Source of the DNA: Amoebophrya sp. A120
Taxonomy: Eukaryota; Protista; Dinoflagellata
Assembly (NCBI GenBank): GCA_905178155.1
Contig: CAJINV010000004.1
Span: 7,471,768-7,535,767, forward strand
Reading direction: 5' to 3'
Length of the DNA: 64,000 nt
Program-made: the position numbers and the translations under genes
Shown here: positions 36,201 to 48,751 of the stretch, one piece after another
How positions within the stretch are numbered: position 1 is the first letter of the stretch
How the letters are laid out: each line of letters begins with the position of its first letter
Notes under the pieces: model-generated
Told to the model about the DNA's origin: nothing
The model's input: the letters and a program-made list of their open reading frames with translations, nothing else
The model's database searches: none

Positions 36201-36471
36201 TAGCACAGCACTTCTCTGGTGCAAATTTATTGTCCTGCCAAACCGGCATTCTGGCTGATGCTTGTATTGGTATTGCCGCTCCTCATGCAATAAGTACAAA
36301 TGAGGGGGAGGGGGAGTTGTGCAATCTCCTACCCGCCCCCGCGCTGCGGCTTCCACTATTCGCGGGGCTGCGGCTTCGACGCCCTTTACCCTTTGTAGAT
36401 GGCGGTTTCGTCCCGGCCGCGGCCACGACCCTTTCTGTCGCAGCGAGAACGAAAATAAGAAAAAGCTTCAT
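30216..36471 (-). CDS. Large protein with C-terminal MORN repeats, 8 introners
   Basis: YEGEWSDGSRHGYG, YNGQWKNHKRHGRG etc.; frame continuous from MKLFLIFVLAA (36471) under the element+5 nt rule. Confidence 0.8.
30919..31153. mobile_element. Introner, family C
   Basis: TIR; DR ACCCA. Confidence 0.9.
31218..31479. mobile_element. Introner, family B
   Basis: TIR; DR ACCGG. Confidence 0.9.
31654..31930. mobile_element. Introner, family B
   Basis: TIR; DR GCGGC. Confidence 0.88.
32897..33073. mobile_element. Introner, family A, decayed DR
   Basis: TIR; DR CTCGC/CCCAG; removal +5 nt still restores frame. Confidence 0.85.
33853..34116. mobile_element. Introner, family B
   Basis: Partly decayed TIR; DR TCTTT/TCGTT; frame restored. 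Confidence 0.85.
34319..34636. mobile_element. Introner, family B (diverged)
   Basis: TIR; DR TGGCC; frame restored. Confidence 0.85.
34694..35964. mobile_element. Composite 1.27 kb introner, family I, with nested insert
   Basis: TIR GTGTCAG..CGAAATGGACAAAATCGAAAAA; DR GACTT; internal ~39-nt direct repeat 34875-34913/35824-35862 flanks low-complexity DNA and a family B-like element (~35245-35490). Confidence 0.85.
36097..36331. mobile_element. Introner, family F (GTGCACAACTCCCCC TIR)
   Basis: TIR; decayed DR CTCGA/CCCGC; frame restored. Confidence 0.82.
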
Positions 36472-37049
36472 GATGTCGACAGGTAGCGATCTCCTCTACG
36501 ACCTCCTTCTGCCTGCTACGTAGTACTTACCGCCCCCTGAGGATGACAGAGCTTCTTTTTGTTTTTCTATATTCTCTTATATAGAAATAAGTAAAATCCC
36601 AAAGGGAAGTTTGTTTAAATAGAGCACGGTAGCAGGTGATGCTGATGCACAATCACAATCACAATCAGTTGGGCCACTTATAAATCCTCCTGCACCTCCT
36701 CCGACCGAGACGAAGGAATAAAAGTTGCTGAAGATGCTGAGGCTGACGCACCACTTCTTGTTCTTGATCTTGAAAAAATCAAAATATAAATAGCGGCTGC
36801 GGAAAAATAAAAGCGGTATATAGAATATCTGTGTCTCGATCTACGATTCCAAAACTAGCACGATGCGGATTCTGAGGCGACTTTGTAGTTTTGTGGGGGT
36901 CAAAAGTTTCTACTCCTGCACTGGCTGAAGTAAGAGGCTGTGTGTTTTCGTGAAGCAGGAGGCTGACAAAAACCTCGACTGTCCCCTAAAGCGCTGGACG
37001 CCCTAGATTTGACAGCTCTTCATGTTCTTGCTCATGGCTTCCCTAGTAC

Positions 37050-37144
37050 GGGGTCACTCACTCTAGACAGGGAACGCATTTTGTTACCGATCGGGATCCC
37101 GGGTCAGCACTCACTCTAGACAGGGATCGCATTTTGTTACCGAT
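37050..37144. repeat. Two-copy ~40-nt tandem repeat
   Basis: CACTCACTCTAGACAGGGAWCGCATTTTGTTACCGAT twice. Confidence 0.85.
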
Positions 37145-37842
37145 TCTTGCACGAGCACGCTGCTGTCATCTTCTACCGATGTCGTGCTCCACAGATTTCT
37201 TCGGATTTCGTACTACAACGGTGTCTTATTGATTGTGGTCATCGATCCGGAAATTAAGATCTTTTCAACATGCAGCATATGGCCGCGACGAGATGCAATG
37301 AACAATGGATCTGCGTCTGTTCTACTTGAACAGACCTTTACAGATGAAGCCAGAGATCATACGCGCAATCATGCTGGCTGATGATGATCATTCTGCGAAG
37401 ACTTTTTTGGGCTAGTACTCATGTCATACAGCTAGATAACGATCTTTGATCAATTTCATTTACTTCCTTCCGGTGAACCGATCCGATAGTTGTATCTTCG
37501 AAGGATTCATCTTCTATCAACCACTCCGACATCAGGGTTCTTTCCCATCTTAACACGGGCAGTCGAGGCTAAAGAACTGGAGTGCTGGTGGAGGCCGAGA
37601 ACATCACGCTCGACTACAAGGAAGCATGCACTCCTCGTGTGTGCCGTTTTACGCGCTACTCACGTATTTGCGGAATCTTTATAATTCACATGAGCAGACT
37701 ACTTCTTGCTAGCTCACTTTCATTCTACATTCACATTGTTGACTCTGCGTCAACGTAAAAAAAATGCAGTCGCTATTCGGATATATGTCGTCAAAATAAA
37801 TGTTCATCGATTGTGAGTAAGACCACAAATCCACTGCAGCGG

Positions 37843-40800
37843 CTAACAGATCGTCAAGTGATGGGTCCTCGCGTTTGGGTAGTAGAGCTTTTTCAGCAGC
37901 TCGGCCGCCGCGACGCTTCGATGCCTTCCCTTGCGGCAGTTCACCGCGATGGCGTGAAAATTTTCCGCCTCGACTTTCTTTACCACCATTTCCATCCAGA
38001 CCGGGAATAGCGAGCACCGGGAAATTTTGCTCTGGATTTCCAGCGAAAGCCCGTTCATTATCGTAAGAAAAAACTGTTCCACTGTAAGGATTTTGGTTTT
38101 GCAAGTTTTGCATTACAAGTTCGCTACACATTACAAAAAAAACTCGCCATGCAAGGATCCTAAGGGAAAACACCGCTAAGAATCACTTGTCTTGTATGTG
38201 TAGCAAGACAAACACTTCAGTGATGCATTTTCTGCATCACAAGTTCACAGTGAAACAGTTTTTTCCTGCGATATTCATCTTCTTCAAATTTATACCCGAG
38301 CCCTTCCCCGAAAGCACCGTCGCATTGAAGTTCGCCTGGGCTTGCTTGGGGGTCGTTTTCAAAATTGCCCGGCCCCACGTGTAGATCGCGAGGGATCGGG
38401 TTTTGTCATACTTCAAATTCTGCGGCAGGTAGGTGGTGCAGATAGACAGGTCGTCGTCGTCGTCGTCGCTGTCACAAACATCCTCGTTGTCGCTCGTTGT
38501 CCCAACAACATCTTGGCCTCCACCAAGGTCATCTTTGCCACGATTTATTTTCCCCCCGCCACCAGTTGTCAGAAACCCGTCTTCCGAAGCAGCCGCGCGT
38601 GCCCACTGTAGCAGTCGGGACGGGAAGGAGCTCGCGAACCTTCGTTCCTGGAGGTCTTCAGCATTTATTTCATCTTCTGTGGTACCACCGGATGAACAAG
38701 TAGCGGCAGAAGTTTTCAACGCCGTCGAGGACAACTATGGCGTTCTCAACTGTTACATTCTCAAGTGTTACATGGATGAACTTGTCATGCAAAATTGCCA
38801 TCAGCCTCCACTTGATCAAGGTGCTTTAGCATGACAAATTTTCGAAAGGCTAAACAGCATGATAATCTGTGGAAAATCTAAATCTGTCATGCGAAAGGTG
38901 CAAAAAGAAAAATGTTGCCACTTTCACTTTTGCTGTTCTTGCATTACAAGTCCATGTAATAGTTGAGAATGTAACGTTTGAGAACGCCATAACAACATCT
39001 CCAGTTCCAGCCAGCTCTCCACGTCCTCCGGCTCCAAGCCGTCGCAGTATGCTGTGCAAAAGTATCGCACTCGTAGTAAAATTGCGTTTATGCATTACAA
39101 GTTATTTCTTTGTCAAGGTAATTCAGCATTACAAATTTAATTTGTAATGCTGGACAAATTTGTAATGCATTTATACAACAAGTATCGGATACTTTTGCAG
39201 TTCATACGCAGGAAACGCTGACCACGTTTTCCTCGACCTGCTCGATGGTCACGCCGCGGCCGTCCCGGCCGCTCTGCGCCCAGCAGTCGGGGCCGTAACT
39301 GTTATGGCGCTCTCAACTGTTACATTCTCAACTGTTTTTACATCGAATTTGTGATGCAAGGGCGGCAGTATTGATGAAAGGGGGGAGGTTGCGCCTCTTG
39401 CATTACAAATTCCGCACAGATTTAGGTGCTGTCTAGCCCTTCGCAGATTTGTCATGCGAAGCAGCTTGACCACCTGGCGCCTATAAAGTAATTTCGCATG
39501 ACAAATCATGTAACAGCTGAGAATGTAACATTTGAGAACGCCGTAACTGTGAAACCCCGCGTCGGCGAGGGCGGCGGCGAAGGCTGTATCCTGTGCAAAA
39601 GTATCGTACTCGTATTGCAGTCCTGCATTACAAATTTTTTTCTCAAGGTGAATCTGGATTACAAATTTTCTTTCTCATGCTGAGGAAATTTGTCATGCAT
39701 TAATACGAGTACGATACTTTTGCAGTTCATAAGCTGGGGAACGGAACCACTCCGCCAGCCGGCGGGACGAGGAAGAGTGATCTCGTCCTGGCGGAGGCGG
39801 TGAGATAATTTCCTCGCCGTTTTGAAGATTTTGAGGAAATCCATTTTGTGGCGTGGTCGATGTGGCAGCTACTTGTTCCTCGGTCAGAAACGTCGCAATA
39901 TCCTGCAAAACCTCCATGTCGTCGGGGAGCTGGGCAAGAAAGTCTTCGAATTTCTTCCGTAGAGGTAGATGTTGGCTCTCGTCCAGAGCAGCAGGTGGTA
40001 GTACCATAATTCCACTTCTAGAAGGAAACCCTTCCACAAGAACCGGCTTGCCTCCGCCTTCCGGATAATTTCGGCGGGGCAGTCGCAAGACAACCGTCAG
40101 TGGGCTGCATATTAGGGAGCTACTGCGGAAATCGCCTTTCATCTCGTTCTGCTCCGGTACAAGTTCTTGCGCCGCCAGCTCCACGACGATATCACCAGTG
40201 GTTTTGTGAATTGCCTCAGCATCGTCTGTACCTGCTCCTGGCGATGTTCTAGTAGTTCTTGACCCGCTAGTAGAAGTACTGGAACTACTCGTACTACAAC
40301 CGGTAGTAGTACAACTAGAAGTCGCGAGAGCAGATGAAGAATAAGCCCCAGTATCCCGGTCCCGCACTGCGCCGAACACTTTATCATAGTGCACAACTCG
40401 AACTCCCCCTCGTTCTCATTTCTCATGCAAAATACCAAACTCACACTTTCCCTCCTGGTCCTGTCACTATCATGCATGACAAGTTCTGGAAGCCCAAATA
40501 GCACTACACTCCTCCGCAAATTTGTCATGCAAAACCTGCATTCTTGCTGGCACTTGTATTGCCGTTCATGTTATATGTAAAATTGGACCAACGGGAACCA
40601 ATTACATGAATAGACTGATCTAAATTCGCTCACTCTTCTTATGCTGCCAGCAGAACACAAATATCTCCCCCAGGAGAGAGTCCAAGTGTGGACGCCAAGT
40701 CATTATCAATTTACATCGGTGTCATCAGTGAAAAACAAACAAACAATCCTTGAGCCACGATGGGCGGTTGGTTCACGCAGAAATGATTGATATCAGCGAG

Positions 40801-41194
40801 TAGTGCTTTGCTTTCTCCTCGATGCGAGGCCACTCTTTTTCACGAAAGGTCCTTCAATCTTTCTGGTCAACGTTACGACCCGTCTGATCTTGTTCCCACG
40901 ATACGAGATACGGATCAAACACAGACAAAGGAGAATTTCTTAGTTTAGAAATTCACATATACAAATGAGGGGGAGGGGGAGCTGTGCAGTGTCATACACT
41001 TTGCGGACGACCGTGAATGGGCCGAAAATGGCGTCCAAGGCCTCCAGCTCGAGGAGCTGGCGGTCGAGGTTCATCTTGATGGCAGCAGCGGTGGTCATCT
41101 GGCCCCCGTCGTCGTGGTCACCCTCGCGTGGTTCGTGTTGTTCGTCGCCCCTAATATTGGGTATTCGATCATCTCGCCTGGCGGTGGTCGACAT
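37843..41194 (-). CDS. RWD-domain protein with C-terminal RapZ-C-like domain, 6 introners
   Basis: RQLLELEALDAIFG and LRLPRRNYPE (RWD); C-terminal AIAVNCRKGRHRSVAAAELL. Confidence 0.75.
38059..38273. mobile_element. Introner, family E (AAAAAACTGTTTCACTGT subtype), absent from paralog
   Basis: TIR; DR TTCAT; empty site at 28445-28449. Confidence 0.92.
38736..38991. mobile_element. Introner, family C
   Basis: TIR; DR ACAAC. Confidence 0.9.
39048..39206. mobile_element. Introner, family A
   Basis: TIR; DR CGCAG. Confidence 0.9.
39303..39545. mobile_element. Introner, family C
   Basis: TIR; DR ACTGT. Confidence 0.9.
39587..39731. mobile_element. Introner, family A (reverse orientation of 57243-57387)
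   Basis: TIR; DR GGCTG/AGCTG. Confidence 0.9.
40382..40996. mobile_element. Introner, family F, enlarged by ~390-nt internal insert
   Basis: TIR; DR CACTT; removal joins VRKV-FGAVRD; arms align with 55765-55987. Confidence 0.88.
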
Positions 41195-42211
41195 AATTAT
41201 CGGTTTACAACAACTACGGTACTACTTCTACTTTATCGTTACTTTTACTATTCCGGCAAGACGCCGGCTATCCAGAAGGGGTGCGTTTCTTTTTCGTGAT
41301 GTGGGCGCTGTGAATCTAGATTGTTCTACATCTACTGTTTTGTAAAGGATTAGTAGAATAAAGAAGCAGGTAGACGACTACTGAAAGGAGCGATTTATTC
41401 TACTATCATACTTACACAAGGAGAAGGACCACAACAAGCACAACTGAAAGAACTACAACTTTGCGCTCAACAACCTCAAACCCAATTCGAGCAACATCTC
41501 TGTGAAAAAAAAAAAACTTCACCAGAAGTCCTTCTTTTTGATCATGTTCATGATCATGATCAAGAAGATCATGCGTACCTCAAATAAAGATGTCGTCATC
41601 ATGATCTACTTCGTAGAAGAAGCTCTGTCGTTCTGATCCAAGTAGAGCACTTCTATCTTTCATCACGGGCAGGCGATCATGATTTCATCTCTGCTCCGCG
41701 CCCAGGATTGAATCGGAGGACTGGAGCTGGACAGGACACTACAGCTCGGTAGCTGGTACTACTTTTTCCCATCGCCTTAGCTGTTGTACCAGTGAAAAAT
41801 GGAAAAGAAGAACACGACTTCCGGTGATGACTCTGCATTCCCCGGTGGTGGTGTAGTGTGCATTACCTGCTGTAGTTCGTTCTCTTGATCACAGTTTTTG
41901 TAAAGCGTTGTACTAATATCAGACGCGAAAGGATTTGCATCTTGTTTGATAGCTGTAGTCCTCAAGCTTCCAGGAGCTCCATCGTTGTAGCAAAACTTGG
42001 ATGGATAGTAGACTAATATTTCGACTCACGATACAATCGTATCGTGGCAGTGAAACCGCCCTAGCAGCTTCACAGAAAAAAGATCGTAGAATGCAGGCCC
42101 AGGCGGTCGACGCTGAAGAAGCTTGTTCTCCCGAAAATTTTTCATCTCAACAGAAGCTACACACAGTCATTCTCGCGAAGATTTTAATTTCTTGCTCCCT
42201 CCTACAATCTA

Positions 42212-43630
42212 TCATCTGTTGTACGCTCCGTTCAAAATTCGTTCCAATTCCGCGCACCATTCGTGATCTGCATCATCCGGCACGCATCGCAACAGCAGCT
42301 CCGCCATAGTCTCCGCGATCGTGTCCGGCTGCACCGCCGGCCCCCGCGTCCCCACCGCCTGCGCGGCCGCGCGCAGCAGGATCACCCCGCCGGTCCCGGT
42401 GGTGGCAATGATCTTCAGGTAGCTCCGCAGCAGCGGCGTTAGGGAGTTTTTCGCGAGCGTGGTTTTCTGCTGCGCGAGCGCCCGGAGCATCTGTGAGGTG
42501 AGGGTATGGACCACGAGTTCCTCGGTGGAAAGGGCAAGGGGGGTTTGTCTCCGGGGTTGCTGGTCGTGTGCTGGGACGAGCTGTGGGGAGGGATTAGTGG
42601 TCGTGTTTATTTCTCCTCCTGATGCAACTACAATATCAGAGTTCATTTGCGCCGTCGCCCCCGACGTCCCTTGATGTTCATCTGCCCCTGCCGGCTGCAT
42701 TGCTAGAAATACCTCGTCCTCCCCAAACAAGTCTAGCACCGGAGGCAGCAATTGCCGCGGGTCCTGCTGTTTCCGGGCAACCAGGGCCTGAAACGCGAGG
42801 CGAAAGTAGAGGTGCTGGTCGCAAAATTTGGCGAGCAAAAGTGCGCAGTTGATCGGACAGGAGTTACAACTTGACGGTCCAGGTCCTCCTCCCCTACTTC
42901 TTGACGAGGGCAAGATACACACCGCGCAGACCTCGTCCAGCAGCTCCCAGCTGCAGGTTCGCAGGTTCGCGCACAACGCCTGAAAAGCTAATAACGCCTG
43001 GCTCACGATCCACTCGCTCGCGACCCGCTGCTCCTGCGAGTCTTTCGTGTGCCCGGAGAGCACGCGGTCGGCGAAGATCGCCGCGAGCTGACACAAATGA
43101 AGTGCTAGACCGACGGATTTGGGGCGGGATGTACTACTAGACGATTTTGTATTTGTTTCAACACCGCCCGGCACCTGTGACATTGTACTACTTCTAGCCG
43201 TCTCGTCAACCACTGCCCCGGTCCGTTCCCCTAAAACTTGCGTGGCACTGGCAAATTGACTCCCTTTGGCGAACAGGTCCGCGTAGCGGATGTCGGTCAG
43301 GTGGCTGGCGTTGCTGTCCACCTGGGCGCAGGAGAGTTTCCAATCGCGGTCCGTGAATTGGTCGGTGACAGTCAGGTTCATGGCGGTACGGTCGAGGGAA
43401 GCGACCATCTTCAGAAAATCCATGGTCCCATACTGCACCCCGGTGCCCGACTTACAGCAGCCGAGGGCGTCGAGGGACTCTCCGTGGAGCCGAAGTATGT
43501 CATACCCCATGTAGCTGTCCGGAAGCCGGAAAAGATCGGAATAAGAACGGGTCATGGTGGTGATGTAAAGTACTTGCTGTACTGTCTGAAGATACGAGAA
43601 GAATGATCCGGATCGGAGAAGGTGGAACAA
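42212..43630 (-). CDS. Hypothetical, probably alpha-helical protein (true start uncertain)
   Basis: 472-codon ORF, Leu/Ala-rich helices; no family recognised. Confidence 0.6.
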   Translation of the reverse strand: MFHLLRSGSFFSYLQTVQQVLYITTMTRSYSDLFRLPDSYMGYDILRLHGESLDALGCCKSGTGVQYGTMDFLKMVASLDRTAMNLTVTDQFTDRDWKLSCAQVDSNASHLTDIRYADLFAKGSQFASATQVLGERTGAVVDETARSSTMSQVPGGVETNTKSSSSTSRPKSVGLALHLCQLAAIFADRVLSGHTKDSQEQRVASEWIVSQALLAFQALCANLRTCSWELLDEVCAVCILPSSRSRGGGPGPSSCNSCPINCALLLAKFCDQHLYFRLAFQALVARKQQDPRQLLPPVLDLFGEDEVFLAMQPAGADEHQGTSGATAQMNSDIVVASGGEINTTTNPSPQLVPAHDQQPRRQTPLALSTEELVVHTLTSQMLRALAQQKTTLAKNSLTPLLRSYLKIIATTGTGGVILLRAAAQAVGTRGPAVQPDTIAETMAELLLRCVPDDADHEWCAELERILNGAYNR

Positions 43631-44703
43631 CTTCTATGTGGTATCTTTCCTTGCTGTACAACCGCAAGCTTGTGTAGACGAACACGAAGGAATGGGTAGA
43701 AGTAGAACCAGAAGAAGCACTCGAAAAATAAGGAACTGAGAATGAAGTATTTGGCGATTGGTCTAGGGTGTCGAAAAATTCAGTATCAATACCGGGTACG
43801 TGTAGAAGCTGGTTTTTGGAGGGGGAGGTCTTCTTCACCTGCGGACCATGTTTTTGAAATTGAATGAACATGAAGAATTGATGAGCCACGAAACAATAGA
43901 TACACTTACACACGACACGACGGATATGTTTATACTATCATCTTCGAAGTGGTGTTCTTGCACGATAGATTCATTTAGACGTACGAACAAAATCATGATA
44001 TTATCTCGCAAAGCAACATGGCAACGGCTGCTCGTTATCGATAAAATGAGAGTTAGACCGAGGTGCCTGTCCTCACACACCATTCCCGGCAAGAATCGCA
44101 ATTGAAAAATTGCAGGGGAACTACAAAAAATTCCACCGAAGTAGTCGTACAGCATGGGAAGCCGGAGGCGGAGAGAAAGAGACAGAGTGATTGATGCTTC
44201 GACCTAAAAAAAATCTGACGACGCGATGCGAACGGGTGGACTAAGAAACACACGGTCGCGCCATGAGTTTGACGAGCGAGCGTCACGAGAAATTGCACTT
44301 ATGCTCGATCGTCCAAAATGAAAATGCTTCGAAATTTGTGTGATAAACGATGTTGAGTGTACAGTACAGCTAGCAGGTAGCGTAAGCGTTGCATGTCAAG
44401 TACAAAATGCGAAAAAATGCATGCTGAAAGCGGTACTAAAGTGTGCGAAAAGAAAGGCGCTCGAATTTTGCGAAAAAGAAGAACGACAGAAAAAAACCAT
44501 TATGAAAAACGAATTTTGATTACTAGATACCAGTGCGCATGTTTCTGAAACATAAAAAAATGATGGTGGTGCGATTTATTGAAAATTCAAAAGTCTCGTC
44601 CTGAAACACCGCTTAAGGCATTCCATAACTTTCGAACCTTCACGATTTTTTGATTTTGATTTTAAACCTCCTTTTATCCACCAGCACCGCAATAAAATTG
44701 TTC

Positions 44704-47332
44704 CTAACCCGCCTGCTTCTTCTCCGCGCCTGTTCCTCTCGGCTTGTAGTCGTAGACGATTTGCGGCTCCGGCATCAGTATGGATTGCAAATGTGTCTGG
44801 GTCTGGAAACTTGTAATGCTAAAAAAGGAATGATAGACGCACTCCACTGCAATACGCAGCTATGTCGCATGACAAATTTTTTGCCTGCCATGTGTTACGT
44901 ATTCGTATTCCGCATGGCAAACCGCGTTTTTGCATGACAGGTAAGAGTGCCTTTTCGCGACTATGCAACACAGATTCTCGAATTATAATGCCAGACAGGC
45001 ATGACAAACTTGCATTTTTGCAGACCCAGATGACATATTTGCAATTCATAACCAGCATGGCCTTCATCACCGGGTTCAGCAGCGGAAAGTTCCGGATCTG
45101 CGACTTGTGAAAGTAGTAGGGCGACTCGTAGATGGCCCCCGCGACTCCCGTATCCTATGCAAAAGTATCGCACTCGTATAAATGCATTACAAATTTCCTC
45201 AGCATGAGAAATAAAATTTGTAATGCTGATTTACCTTAAGGAAAAGATTTGTAATGCATGAATGCAATACGACTACGATACTTTTGCAGTTCATAGCCCG
45301 GCTGCTCCCGGTAGTTGTAGATCTTGTCCAGTTCGGTTTTCTGGCAAACCTTCTGCTCGTATCAAATGCAAAAATGTCTGGGTCTGGAAGATTGCGAGAT
45401 TTGTCATGCTTGTCTGGCATGGCCAAAAAGTTTGCGATGCGTGTCTAAGAAGAGACCAGTTTGCCTGTCATGCAAAAACGCAGTTTGTCATGCGAAAAAC
45501 GCAACACAAAGAAGCGCAGATATTTCTCATGCCTGCCTGTGCATTACAGGGCATTCACTATTCCCAACGCAGCACTACAAGTTTCCAGACATCCAGGGAT
45601 TTTTGCAATTGATAGCTCGATCGCCTTGCGCTGCGAGGGTGACATCGGCGAGTTGGGCGGGAGTTTCTCGTTCTTCAGGTAATGTAAAGCCGGGTCAGAT
45701 CGGTACTGCTGGATGTCCATCTTGTGGATTTCCTTTCCGACGCGCAATCTCCCCTCGAGATGGTCGTCAAAACGCGGGTAGTACTTGTCGAGCAGCGGGC
45801 TGGGATACTTGGGTAAATTCTCGTACTCCCGCTTGCTGATTTTCTTCGTGTCCATGTTGTTCTGGCGCACGGGGAAAATGCGCACGTTATCGAAGGTGTG
45901 CGGCATGTGGTACCCAATGTTCATCACGTGGCCCTCCAGCCTATGAAGTGCAAAAGTGTACTACTATCCTACTGGTGATAAAAACTCAACTGCGGTCTTC
46001 CATTTACAAATCTTTTTCTTAGAAGGCTTAGCCTTAGGTGGCAGGTAGATCGCATATTAAAATACAGACTCCATTGTACATCATCATGCCGAAGAAATTT
46101 GTAATGCAGTTAAGTACTAGTACTGAATAGTACGATACAACTTTTGCACAGGATACAGCCAGGAGCTGGTCAACCTTGGTCGGGACCACCGGTGCTCCAG
46201 GTCCTGGTCCCACTGAATATCTACGTCGTCCGTGTCGTACAGGCACAAATCCTCCTCGAAATGCCGTCTCGTCCGGGAGGGCGAGGGCGAGGAAGATGTT
46301 GACTGATGTTGAACAAACCCATCTGAGGACATCAAAGTCTCGAAGTGCGCAGCATAATCCTGATCCTCGTCCTCGACGTTACTTCCCTGTTGATCTCCTA
46401 CTGCAGCTGTATTTTTCATCGGCGACAGCACTCCTCGTCGTTGTTGCAGCTCTCTGTCCAGCGCATCTTCAGTGGTGCCACTAGTACCACTACTTTTCTG
46501 CTCCGCAAGCGACATTGTCGTGGACCTGCCCGCACGCCAGCTCTTCATGGTGGAGCGCAACAAAGGTTTCATCGGTTCCTTGGCTTGCGGTTCTTGGCGG
46601 CTGAAGGTAGTATTTGCTTGATGTGGAGAACTACGGGCGGCTGACGAGGAAAGCCCATTGGCTGGTGAAAGAACCTCATCGGGACAGGCTCCTGAACCTA
46701 CTGCGGCACCTTTATTCCCCCTGTAATTGTCTGGACTCGTCCGGGTCGTGCTGGAGGTCGGGCTACTGTTCTTCAAGATCCCCTTTTTTCCGTAAAAGTG
46801 ATCGCCGAATTTGACCGTCTTGTGCCTCGCGGACCAGTCCGGATTGGTCATCCGCGCGATTTTCTCCTCGTCCACCACGCTTCCGCGGCAGCACCGGTGT
46901 CGCGGCGAGCTGGAAATCGATTTCAACCGCAAGTGCTTCACCGCCTCCCGCGGATCGGAGGAGTCGAAGAACCGGCGCTTTGTGTCGCTGAAGATCTTCA
47001 AGTCCTCCGGTTTCAAGTCCCGGCGCCAACCTTTTGCCACGTCGGAGGTTTGCAGCAGATTGTACAGGTTCTCCCCCGACTATCGCAAGAAAAAACTGTT
47101 TCACTGTAAACTTGTGATGCATAAAATGGAACGCAGAAGTATTTGTCTTGCTACACATGCAAGAAAGTGGATTTTTAGCTGTGTTTTCCCTTAGGAAGCT
47201 TGCATGGCAAATTTTCTCTGTCATGTAGAGCGAACTTGTCATGCAAAACCTGCAAAATCCTTACAGTGAAACAGTTTTTTCGTGGGATACCGACGTCGGG
47301 TACTTGAAAGTCGACAGCGAAACGGTGCACAT
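44704..47332 (-). CDS. Hypothetical protein, 5 introners
   Basis: Reconstructed frame MCTVSLSTFKYPTSGENLYNLL...KKQAG*. Confidence 0.75.
44779..45050. mobile_element. Introner, family B
   Basis: TIR; DR ATCAG/ACCAG. Confidence 0.88.
45151..45295. mobile_element. Introner, family A
   Basis: TIR; DR TCCCG/GCCCG. Confidence 0.9.
45360..45614. mobile_element. Introner, family B
   Basis: TIR; DR GCTCG. Confidence 0.9.
45942..46155. mobile_element. Introner, family A (diverged)
   Basis: TIR; DR CAGCC. Confidence 0.85.
47081..47289. mobile_element. Introner, family E (reverse orientation of 38059-38273)
   Basis: TIR; DR CCGAC. Confidence 0.92.
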
Positions 47333-48751
47333 GGTTCACAATGTGATTTGGTATTTTTATTTATATTTTAGCAGGTAGACTCAAAGATAAAGGAAATAAG
47401 GTGGGGAATAGGAATACTTGAAGTGAGCCGCGGATTTGGTGGATCAGAGGGTGAGTTCGTGCCTTGCTTGTAGAAAAGCACTCAAACTACCGAGTGCTCC
47501 TTAATTCTGATTCAAATTCTTATTTGCTGCGCATGATAATTCATCGAAGCGCTAACAGCAGGGGTACTGCGATATCGCTTTATTGCATATTATGGGTGGG
47601 CGAGGAGGTCCTGGAACAAACGCAAAGAAATCGACTTTAGTAAAAAGTAAAACCAAGTAGCAGAAAACGAAGACATGCTTGAGGTACGATACTTAGACCA
47701 CTATTGCACGACAAAACGACCGAAGAGGTGTAGCTTTTGCACGAAGTATGGCCGACCAAATACGACATTGGCGGTGCAACAAAAACTGAAACCGATGTTG
47801 AATGGAAGCGACCGAGTGCTTCAGTTGTAGCAGGAAATTCCTCGATGAAGCCGGTGGCTCCAGTAGTATTTGGCTGTGCTTTTTTTTTCAAAATTTGTAT
47901 CAGCGCACGTAGGTACATTTCATTTATTTCGAAGTTTCAGTATAATTTGCAAGTGTACATTGCAGTTACCACGATTTCCATACAAGTTCGACTTGGACTG
48001 TCTGTCACTGTAGTACGACAAAGTTGAAGATGGGTTTGATACATATTGACTCACTGAAAAAACTTCCTTGGCGCTTTCAACCCCAGGGGACGACACTAGG
48101 TACATATCATACAGTGGTCGGTTCCTGCTTTTCGCTTCTTTTTATTTGTGTTTGTATGTACATTTACATGTTGACATATTTATTTCATTCATGTTGCTTT
48201 GTAATTTCCTCTGAACCGGATGAAGGTGATTTGGTCTCGTTCATAGCAAAGGGGGTAGAAGATAGAGAAGACAACAGCTGCATCCATCGCCGATCGTGCA
48301 AGGGGTTCGACGGAGGTGAAACGGCATGAAGACGATCTGTTTTCGTAAAGGCATTCGCTTCTCAACATCAGAAATTCAAAAGCAAACCATATCCACATAC
48401 ATAATGAGAAGAACAAGAGCGTTTTCGTGACGAGAGGCACAGAAAAAAACAGCAGGAAGAAAAAACAATTTATCGATACCATTCGGTCATGATGTGCGGA
48501 TTTGCCGATTGATGCCTCCGTCATGGAACCCTGCTGCGCGCGCGGAGAGGTGAGTCAGTTTTTCTTCGCGGGTCGCTTCAGTCGACGTGCAGCTCCTCTT
48601 CGTGCTGTTGTTATTTCTATTTTTCGTAAGAATTAAATTACTTCAGTGAAAAAAGAATGAATTTCATAAAATACACTTTCTCGTGAGACATAAAAAGCAA
48701 AACTCAAATGACATTTGCCAAATGTTGTGTTTCAGTTTTTGCAGCTGCAGG

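Noticed and set aside
40749-40768. Minus-strand ACCGCCCATCGTGGCTCAAG resembling the dinoflagellate spliced leader
   Set aside because: Needs gaps and several mismatches, has no following GT and is not at a gene 5' end; chance cannot be excluded
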